From: Macrostomum lignano
Lineage: Eukaryota
Assembly: GCA_002269645.1 (NCBI GenBank)
Contig: NIVC01000384.1
Span: 248,001-312,000, forward strand
DNA length: 64,000 nt
Direction: 5' to 3'
Shown: piece after piece, positions 1 through 10,400 of the stretch
Layout of the letters: the number at the start of each line of letters is the position of its first letter
How positions within the stretch are numbered: the stretch's first letter is position 1
Position numbers and translations under genes: made by a program
The notes under the pieces: generated by a model
Told to the model about the DNA's origin: nothing
The model's database searches: none
The model's input: the letters and a program-made list of their open reading frames with translations, nothing else

Positions 1-214
1 ATTTGTATAGTTTCTATTTTTAGCCCACAGGGGCAGCAAGTGCGTCAGCTGGCCCGCGGGCTGCAGCAACTCACGCTGAAATGCATAGAAAGTCACGTTG
101 AGTCTGTTGCGAGCTGTTGTGAGCCACAGCCTGACTAATATTGACCCTTCCAGCCCCTCCATTATTAGACTCTGTCGATACAAATAGGGGTCCAATAGCC
201 CTTCTCCTCTGGCA

Positions 215-287
215 GCCCGTGTGGCCTAATGGATAAGGCGTCTGCCTCCTAAGTAGAAGATTGCGGGTTCGAGTCCCGTCACGGGTA
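215..287 (+). tRNA. trnR-CCT: tRNA-Arg, anticodon CCT
   Basis: 73-nt cloverleaf: acceptor stem GCCCGTG/CACGGGT, A-box TGGCCTAATGG (222-232), anticodon stem TCTGC/GTAGA with loop CT-CCT-AA (anticodon 248-250), T-loop GGTTCGAGTCC. An oligo-T Pol III terminator follows at 301-308. Confidence 0.95.
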
Positions 288-659
288 GCGTTTGAATAAA
301 TTTTTTTTGTCAGCTGACTGAGCCATTCCAGTTCGGTGTCGGTCTGTTGGATGATGCCGGTCTTAGAATCATTACCAAATTTAGTTGAAGGTGTGCCAGC
401 GGCCCAGGCTCGATTCCAAGTGCAGTCACATTTAATATTGGGACTAAATTGGAATCTCGGCTTGGCTCTGCTCATGCAATTAACGCCCGGCCCAGATTGA
501 GGGCCAACCCCCAAGGCACAGTGAAGTGTACATGCCTAACGATAATATAAAGTTAGGGCCGCTGTACACTCCTGTGTGAGTGTGTGCCTGTGCGAATGAC
601 TGCGTACGTTTCCGCGCGCCGCCGGTTGTGTGACAATGTCGCTTTAAGTGCGCCAGGTG

Positions 660-1141
660 GGCTGCTTTCACAAACGCAAAATTTCACAACCGCTAAATCA
701 CCTACTTTCACAACCGCGAAACTTCATAACCGCGAAACTTCACAACCGCTAAAAAGACTGCAGTATATGAGAGTAAGTAAAAAATTTTTAGCGGTTGTGA
801 AGTTTCGCGGTTATGAAGTTTCGCGGTTATGAAAGTAGATGACATTTAGCGGTTGTGAAGTTTCGCGGTTATGAAGTTTCGCGGTTATGAAAGTAGATGA
901 CATTTAGCAGTTGTGAAAGTGACTGCAAAAAATTTAGCGGTTGTGAAGTTCCGGTAGATGACATTTAGCGGTTGTGAAGTTCCGCGTTTGTGAAAAGTGA
1001 CTGCAGAAAATTTAGCGGTTGTGAAGTTTCGCGGTTGTGAAAGTGACTGCAAAAAATTTAGCGGTTGTGAAGTTTCGCGGTTGTGAAAGTGACTGCAAAA
1101 AATTTAGCGGTTGTGAAGTTTCGCGTTTGTGAAACACACCC
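660..1141. mobile_element. Foldback/MULE-like MITE made of inverted arrays of TTTAGCGGTTGTGAAGTTTCGCGG subrepeats
   Basis: The left arm (TTCACAACCGC repeats, ~670-755) is inverted relative to the right arm (GCGGTTGTGAA repeats, ~787-1135). Termini are GGCTGCTTTCACAAACGC and GCGTTTGTGAAACACACCC. Flanking 9-mers CGCCAGGTG/CGGCAAGTG match at 7 of 9 positions. Confidence 0.55.
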
Positions 1142-1468
1142 CGGCAAGTGCCCGCGCAGCCCCCAGTCTCCTGATAAAAGCTAGGCTTTTCAGTTTCGGC
1201 CATAGACACTATAGGCAGCAATTTCTAAGAACCAATTAAAACTCGGATTAAATTCAAGTACATTAATTCAGATATCTCGCATTTTATTTGTTAGAATGAT
1301 TAGCCCGCTAATACCAAAACTTGCGCCTGGCGCGCCTATATATATAAAGTTTTTTTTGGCTAGACTAATAGACTAAGTAACTAATGCTATATGCTACTAA
1401 AATGTGTTATTCGAAAATTTTACCGACGTACTTTCATATTTCGATCCATTCGGCTACCCCCCCCCCAG

Positions 1469-4400
1469 CGTGCAAAGCTCGGAAAGCCTGAACTGTCGGC
1501 AGGTGATCGCACGAATTCGCGACTTCTACATGGCGCCCGTAATTCGATTCGTGTACAATACGGTGAGGACCGAGAAATTGCTTGCCATGCTACTCACTAG
1601 CACAGTTGTTAGCAGTGTAGCTCAGATAGGAAACATGTAAATTTCAGAGATTATTTTTAAGGTACCGCTTTGAGTGTTGAAATATTGTCATAAGCTCATT
1701 CATGGCTTCACAGTTTCGAGTTTAGAATATTAAAGTTTGAGCTTAAAGCTTTTGAAGATTGGAGCTTAGCTTTTGAGGCTTGAGCTTAGCTTTTGAGGCT
1801 TGGAGCTTAGATTTTGAGGCTTGGAGCTTAGATTTTGATGATTCGAGCTTAGATTTTGAGGCTTGGAGCTTAGATTTTGAGGCTTGGAGCTTAGATTTTG
1901 AGGCTTGGAGCTTAGCTTTTGAGGCTTGGAGCTTAGCTTTTGAGGCTTGGAGCTTAGCTTTTGAGGCTTGGAGCTTAGATTTTGAGGCTTGGAGCTTAGC
2001 TTTTGAGGCTTGGAGCTTAGATTTTGAGGCTTGGAGCTTAGATTTTGAGGCTTGGAGCTTAGATTTTGATGATTCGAGCTTAGATTTTGAGGCTTGGAGC
2101 TTAGATTTTGAGGCTTGGAGCTTAGCTTTTGAGGCTTGGAGCTTAGCTTTTGAGGCTTGGAGCTTAGATTTAGAGGCTTGGAGCTTAGATTTTGAGGCTT
2201 GGAGCTTAGCTTTTGAGGCTTGGAGCTTAGATTTTGATGATTCGAGCTTAGATTTTGAGGCTTGGAGCTTAGATTTTGAGGCTTGGAGCTTAGATTTAGA
2301 GGCTTGGAGCTTAGATTTTGAGGCTTGGAGCTTAGCTTTTGAGGCTTGGAGCTTAGCTTTTGAGGCTTGGAGCTTAGCTTTTGAGGCTTGGAGCTTAGAT
2401 TTTGAGGCTTGGAGCTTAGATTTTGAGGCTTGGAGCTTAGATTTTGAAGATTCGAGGTTAGATTTTGAGGCTTGGAGCTTAGATTTTGAGGCTTGGAGCT
2501 TAGATTTAGAGGCTTGGAGCTTAGATTTTGAGGCTTGGAGCTTAGCTTTTGAGGCTTGGAGCTTAGCTTTTGAGGCTTGGAGCTTAGATTTAGAGGCTTG
2601 GAGCTTAGATTTTGAGGCTTGGAGCTTAGATTTTGAGGCTTGGAGCTTAGATTTTGATGATTCGAGCTTAGATTTTGAGGCTTGGAGCTTAGATTTTGAG
2701 GCTTGGAGCTTAGATTTTGAGGCTTGGAGCATAGCTTTTGAAGATTCGAGCTTAGATTTTGAAGATTCGAGATTAGATTTTGAAGATTCGAGCTTCCACC
2801 CCTTGCAGATCTCCTACGTGGCATTTCTAGTCATATTCAGCTACATGCTGCTGTACGAGCTCACTCACGCTATTAAACCTCTGGAGTACGTGGTGATCGG
2901 CTGGATGGTCACCCTGCTTCTAGAGGAAATCAAGCAGGTGAGGCATTGCTTGATTATAATTTCTTGAAAAAAAGTTGATCACATCCATGAGAAAACAAAG
3001 AAGAATTAAATCGTTAATTTTTGTCACACCTTCATTTTCGCCCCTATTTCAGATATTAACAGTACGTCAGAACCCTTCCAACAGCGCTGTGTCTTCCCGC
3101 CTTTCATAGCACCCCTCCCAGCGACTCTATAATACGCACACTACTATTATTAGTATGATGCAAGAGTAATCGTTTTTAGTTTTCTCTTTTTTCCGTTTTC
3201 GTTGAATTGAGTTTCTGATCTGGTTAAAACAGTTTTCCTATTCGGTGATAGAGATTCGCACTCATGCTACTTATTAGTAACTATAGTACGTGCACAGTTT
3301 TGACTCTTGAAACATCTAGGCGTGCTTCTTTTAGAGGCAATTAGAAGTTACAACTATTCGTCTAACTATTAATCTCTGAAAATTGGTTTAATGCGACTAT
3401 ATCGCTTACCGTAATTGTCACACAGTTAGAGACTTAGCAATCTAAAGTTGTCGTTGCATCGCTTCCATCATATGATTTTTTTTCTAATGTTGAGTTTATC
3501 AGCAACTATATGAATGTTACTTGTTTACAGAAATGTAATAATATGTCTGAACATGGATCAGACGGATGTCAAAGTTGAGGGTACGAATGGGGGGAGAGTT
3601 CAGATAAGAAATGATCGATAATAGGGTGTATGGGAACGCGTGGAAGAGGTGGGTGTCGAGATTGGGATAGGAATTAAGAAAGAGAGAAAGAATTAACAAA
3701 CGAACGATAATAGGGGGTGTGGAAAGGCGTGGAAGGGGTGGGTGTCGAGAATGGGGTAGGAATTGAGAAAGAGAGAGAATGAACAAGCGATCATAGGGGG
3801 TGTGGAAAGGCGTGGAAGGGGTGGGTGTCGAGAATGGGGTAGGAATTGAGAAAGAGAGAGAATGAACAAGCGATCATAGGGGGTGTGGAAAGGCGTGGAA
3901 GGGGTGGGTGTCGAGATTGGGGTAGGAATTGAGAAAGAGAGAGAATGAACGAGCGATAATAGGGGGTGTGGAAAGGCGTGGTAGGGGTGGGTGTCGAGAT
4001 TGGGGTAGGAATTGAGAAAGAGAGAGAATGAACGAGCGATAATAGGGGGTGTGGAAAGGCGTGGAAGGGGTGGGTGTCGAGATTGGGGTAGGAATTGAGA
4101 AAGAGAGAGAATGAACGAGCGATAATAGGGGTTGTGGAAAGGCGTGGAAGGGGTGGGTGTCGAGATTGGGGTAGGAATTGAGAAAGAGAGAGAATGAACG
4201 AGCGATAATAGGGGGGTGTGGAAAGGCGTGGTAGGGGTGGGTGTCGAGATTGGGGTAGGAATTGAGAAAGAGAGAGAATGAACGAGCGATAATAGGGGGG
4301 TGGAAAGGTGTGGAAAGGGTGGGTGTCGAAGGAATGGAGAAACTGAGATCAGATAAGGAACGATTGTCATCGGGTGTATAATACACTGTAGCGCCCAAAT

Positions 4401-7400
4401 TTTGAAAATATAATTATGACTGAACTTGCTTAACCACACATACACAAGTTAGCTAATCCCAAACAACTAATTATTCAAAAAGACGCGATGTACTTCCCTT
4501 GGTTAGCTTCATAGTTTACCAAAAGTGCGTTTGCATGCAATTATCAAAGATAATCATAAGCTGGGTGTTGTATCCTGTCTGTTTATTTCGATTATTACGC
4601 CTAGATGTTGCTCAATGAGTCTGTATCTCCAGATTAGAAATGCCTGCTCGTTATCATTGCGCAAAGGAAATTGTATGCAAAAACATGTTATTGCTGATGT
4701 TTATGAGAGTCCCAGCTGGATTACACAATCTTATTAATGGAAGCCCCCTTCGCATTTTGATGATCCAGCTATAGTATTCAGGAAATTTCGTTGCCATCAC
4801 AATTTTTTAAAGATTTCTGGAGTTTCCCGTTGCTGTAAATGCATGTAGAGAGATTTCTGTTGCTATAGAAACAGTTCAAAAAATCTTCGTGGTAATGAAA
4901 ATAGTTAGAGAGATTGCATCTCTAATATATATAAAAGTATCTAGAAGACACCCATTGCTAGGGCAATTATTTTTTTAAATATGAGCGTATAAATTGCTAT
5001 GGAATATCTAGGGAAATCCTAGTTGCTATGGGAGTATCTAGGAAAATCCCTAGTTGCTATGGAAGTATCCAGGGAAATCCTTGTTGCTATGGAAGTATCT
5101 AGGGAAATCCTAGTTGCTATGGAAGTATCTAGGGAAATCCTGGTTGCTATGGAAGTATCTAGGGAAATCCTTGTTGCTATGTAAGTATCTAGGGAAATCC
5201 TTGTTGCTATGGAAGTATCTAGGGAAATCCTGGTTGCTATGGAAGTATCTACAGAAATCCTAGTTGCTATGGAAGTATCTACAGAAATCCTAGTTGCTAT
5301 GGAAGTATCTAGGGAAATCCTAGTTGCTATGGAAGTATCTAAGGAAATCCTGGTTGCTATGGAAGTATCTAGGGAAATCCTGGTTGCTATGGAAGTATCT
5401 AGGGAAATCCTGGTTGCTATGGAAGTATCTAGGGAAATCCTGGTTGCTCTGGAAGTATCTAGGGAAATCCTGGTTGCTATGGAAGTATCTAGGGAAATCC
5501 TAGTTGCTATATGGCCAACTCCAGTTGCTAGGGGAGATACTTAAAGCAGAAATACTTTACTCCCAAAGTAAACCGCCCCCAATCAAAAACGCAGGCCACA
5601 ATGTCTGGCATCAGCTTCTCAACGTACATCTCGGACAGTTGGAACAAGCTGGACTGCATAGCTGTCGGCCTGTTCACTCTGGGCTTCATCTTGCGCATGA
5701 TCTCCCTGATAAGCGACGTCCAATCAGACGAGCCCGGCTATGACGTCATTCTGACTAGCGAGTTCTTCATCATAGCGAGAATCTGCTACGCTTTCAGCTT
5801 GTTCGCTTACTACATCAGGCTAATGTACATCTTCAGCTTCCACATCGCCCTGGGGCCCAAGCTGATCATGATTGGCAAGATGGTCATCAACGATCTGGTG
5901 CCGTTCATGGTCATCCTGCTGGTCTTTGTCCTGGGCTACGGCGTGGCGGCCCAGTCCATCGCCTACCCAACGGGTCTCTACACCCCGGAGATCGATTACA
6001 ACAAAACTTTTCCGCCAAGGATGAGCCAAATGGAAGTGTTGGTCAACTTTTTGACCAAATCCTATTTTCAAATGTTTGGCGAATTTTCGTTGGAGACGGT
6101 CCAGGCTAGGGGTGAGTTCCTTTGAAAATTTGAATTCTATAATCAAAATCAGCCAATCAGCAGTCAGAGTCAACCAATCAGATTCAACCGATCAGAATTA
6201 GCCAATCAAAACCAGCCAATTATAATTAAACAATAGGAATTGACCAATCAGAACGTACCGATCGCAATGGGCCAATTAGAAACAATAGATTGGAACCAAC
6301 CAATCAGAATCGATTGATCGGAACCAACCAATCAGAACTAATTGATCGTAACCAACCAATCAGAATCAATAGATTGGAACCAACCAATCAGAATCGATTG
6401 ATCGAAACCAACCAATCAGAACTAATTGATCGTAACCAATAAATCAGAATCAATAATGGATCGGAACCAACCAATTAGAATCGATCGAGTTGAATCAACC
6501 AATCAAAACCAATCGATCGGAAGCAACCAATCAGAATCAGTCAATTAGCATTGACTAATAGGAGTTCCAAATGTACTTATACAGAACCGACCAATCAGAG
6601 CTGACTAATTAAACCACTGCCTTATAATCTGAGATTAAACCAAATTCCAGATGACGGATGCAAGAATGATGGCCAGTGCCCTCACTGGACGGCCACCTGG
6701 CTGGTTCCCGTGATGCTGGGAGTGTATGTCCTGCTAACCAACATCCTCATGTTCAACTTGCTGATTGCCATGTTCTCCAGCACCTACGAGCTCATCAACC
6801 AGTTCTCGGCGTTGCACTGGAACTACCAGCGGTACAGCATGATCAAGGAGTACATCGAACGGTCGCCATTGGCGCCGCCTTTGATCTTCATCTGGCACGC
6901 GTATCAGCTGGGTTTCTACATCCAGCTGCGCTACAACGGCCTCAGGCGGTCGGACCTGTACGACCCGCTGAAAATCAAGTACATCGACAACGTGAAGAAA
7001 GAGCGCGAGCTCATCAAGTGGGAGCACATGAAGGCCATGGACTACTTGAGAAATGGCCAGGAGGCTCAACAGAAAAGTCGGGGCGGTCGAGGCGATTCAA
7101 AGTCCATCATCGTCAGAACCTCGGGACCGCAGCCGGCCGCTGGAGGCGGTCAGTCGATGTTTCCCAGTGCAGCGATGGACATGGCCAAGCAGATGACGGA
7201 TGCCACCAGTGGCATCGGCATGGAGCTGGAGAAGAAGTTCAAGGTGCAATTTCCGTGTCTGACAGAATGGGATTTCCCTGTATGACAGGCGGGATTCCGG
7301 TGTCTGACAGGCGGGATTTCCGTGTCTGACAGGCGGGATTTCCGTGTCTGACAGGCGGGATTTCCGTGTCTGACAGGCGGGATTTTCGTGTCTGACAGAA

Positions 7401-10400
7401 TGGGATTTCCCTGTCTGATAGAATGGGATTTCCCTGTCTGACAGGTGGGATTTCCGTGTCTGACAGAATGGGATTTCCCTGTCTGACAGGCGGGATTTCC
7501 GTGTCTGACAGGCGGGATTTCCGTGTCTGACAGGCGGGATTTCCGTGTCTGACAGAATGGGATTTCCGTGTCTGACAGAATGGGATTTCCCTGTCTGACA
7601 GAATGAGATTTCCGTGTCTGACAGAATGGGATTTCCCTGTCTGACAGGACGGAATTTCGGTGTCTGACAGGCGGGATTTCCGTGTCTGTATCTAACAGCT
7701 CAGTTGTGTATCTAACAGCTCAGTTGTGCATCTAACAGCCCAGTTGTGTATCTAACAGCCCAGTTGTGCATCTAACAGCCCAGTTGTGTATCTAACAGCC
7801 CAGTTGTGTGTCTAACAGCCCATTTGTGTATCTAACAGCTCAGTTGTGTATCTAACAGCCCAGTTGTGTATCTAACAGCTCAGTTGTGTATCTAACAGCT
7901 CAGTTGTGTATCTAACAGCCCAGTTGTGTATCTAACAGCTCAGTTGTGTATCTAACAGCTCAGTTGTGTGTCTAACAGCTCAGTTGTGTATCTAACAGCT
8001 CAGTTGTGTATCTAATAGCCCAGTTGTGTATCTAACAGCTCAGTTGTGTGTCTAACAGCTCAGTTGTGTATCTAACAGCTCAGTTGTGTATCTAATAGCC
8101 CAGTTGTGTGTCTAACAGCTCAGTTGTGTATCTAATAGCCCAGTTGTGTATCTAACAGCCCAGTTGTGTATCTAACAGCTCAGTTGTGTGTCTAACAGCC
8201 CAGTTGTGTATCTAACAGCCCAGTTGTGTATCTAACAGCCCAGTTGTGTATCTAACAGCTCAGTTGTGTATCTAACAGCTCAGTTGTGTAACCAACAGTC
8301 GTGTTCCTTGTCTCCCCCAGGGTGTCGACACTCAGTTAAACAAACTCGGTGCGGATTTGGACGGTCGGGTTGGCGAGCTGTCTACAGCAGTGCAGGGCGT
8401 CTCCCAGCTGCTGGCGTCAGTGCAGGAGACTCAGCGACAGATTCTCGAGAAGTTGGGTGAGCGGCCCACGGAGCCCATTCCTGCTGTGGACCCGCAGCTC
8501 GAGTCGCGAGTACGCAGTGTGGTGCTGGAGATGTACCAGGCGCCGCCGGCCTGGTTTGAGGAGGCGGCCAGACAGGCTGCATCAGCGGCTCTGCAGGTGA
8601 GAGGAGCGGCGAAGATTTTTTACATCTTTCCACATATTTCTATGTTTTTCCACTTTTTTACCACATTTTCCACGTCTTTCCACATCTTTCCACATCTTTC
8701 CATATCATTCCACATCTTTCCATATCTTTCCACGTCTTTCCACATCTTTCCACATATTTCCACATCTTTCCACGTCTTTCCATATCTTTCTACATCTTTC
8801 CACATCTTTTCAAATCTTTCCACATCTTTCCACATCTTTCCACATTTTTTCTGCGTCTTTCCACGCCTTTCCACATCTTTCCATATCTTTCCACATCTTT
8901 CCATGTCATTCCACATTTTTCCAAATCTTTCCACATCTTTCCACATCTTTCCAAATCTTTCCACGTCTTTCCACATCTTTCCACATCTTTCTATGTTTTT
9001 CCACTTTTTACCACATTTTTTCACGTCTTTCCACATCTTTCCAAATCTTTCCACGTCTTTCCACATCTTTCCACATCTTTCTATGTTTTTCCACTTTTTA
9101 CCACATTTTTTCACGTCTTTCCACATCTTTCCACATCTTTCCATATCATTCCACATCTTTCCATATCTTTCCACGTCTTTCCACATCTTTCCACATATTT
9201 CCACATCTTTCCACGTCTTTCCATATCTTTCCACACCTTTCCATGTCATTCCACTTTTTTCCACATCTTTCCACGTCTTTACATATCTTTCCACATTTTT
9301 TCTGCGTCTTTCCACGTCTTTCCACATTTTTCCACATCTTTCCACATCTTTCGATAACTTTTCACTTCATTACACATCTTTCCACATCTTTCCACGTCTT
9401 TTCACGTCATTCCACCTCTTTCACATCTCTCCACATCTTTTCACATCTTTTCAAATCTTTCCACATCTTTCCACACATTTCCACATATTTCCACATCTTT
9501 CCATATCTTTCCCACATCTTTCCACATCTTTACACCTCTTTCCACATCTTTTCACATCTTTTCACATATTTCCACGTCTTTCCACCTTTTTCCACATTTT
9601 TCCACATCTTTCCACGTCTTTCCACCTTTTTCCACATCTTTCCATATCTTTTCCACATCTTTCCACATCTTTCCACCTCTTTCCACATCTTTTCACATCT
9701 TTTCACATATTTCCACGTCTTTCCACCTTTTTCCACATTTTTCCACATCTTTCCACATCTTTCCACGTCTTTCCACATCTTTCCACATCTTTCCATATCT
9801 TTCCACATTTTTACACGTCTTTCCACATCTTTCCACATCTTTCCATAACTTTCCACTTCATTACACATCTTTCCACATCTTTCCACGTCTTTCCACGTCA
9901 TTCCACCTCTTCCACATCTTTCCACATCTTTTCACGTCTTTTCATATCTTTCCACATCTTTCCACATATTTCCACATATTTCCACATCTTTCCATATCTT
10001 TCCACATCTTTTCACATCTTTTCACATCTTTCCACGTCTTTCCACCTTTTTCCACATTTTTCCACATCTTTCCATATCTTTCCACATTTTTCCACGCCTT
10101 TCCACAACTTTCCACTTCATTACACATCTTTCCACCTTTTTCCACGTATTCCACGTCATCAAACGAATTTCCACACATTTCCACTGTCAAGGCCACGCCG
10201 GTGTCGGTGCGGGAGCTTGGATCCCCGGTTCTGGAGCAGCTTCGCCCGGTTCAAGCGCCGCCGCCGAAGCCGCCGACGCCGCCGCCTCCCCCGCCGGAGG
10301 AGCCGCCGAGCCCGGAGGAGGAGAGCAGCAGCTCCGAAAGCGACGACGACGACCGGACGACGGTGCGGCCGCAGGTGGACGATCCGACAACCGGCCGGAT

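Noticed and set aside
71-514. 147-aa minus-strand ORF
   Set aside because: It is antisense to the tRNA; YSNATRDGTRTRNLLLRRQTPYPLGHT is the typical shadow translation of a tRNA gene.
1743-2967. Long ORFs of 329-395 aa (LQASKSK, FEAWSLD repeats), and likewise 8357-10414, 14182-14889, 50002-51315 and 55147-57108
   Set aside because: These are translations of stop-free tandem repeats lying inside introns or satellites. Only their ends overlap real exons.
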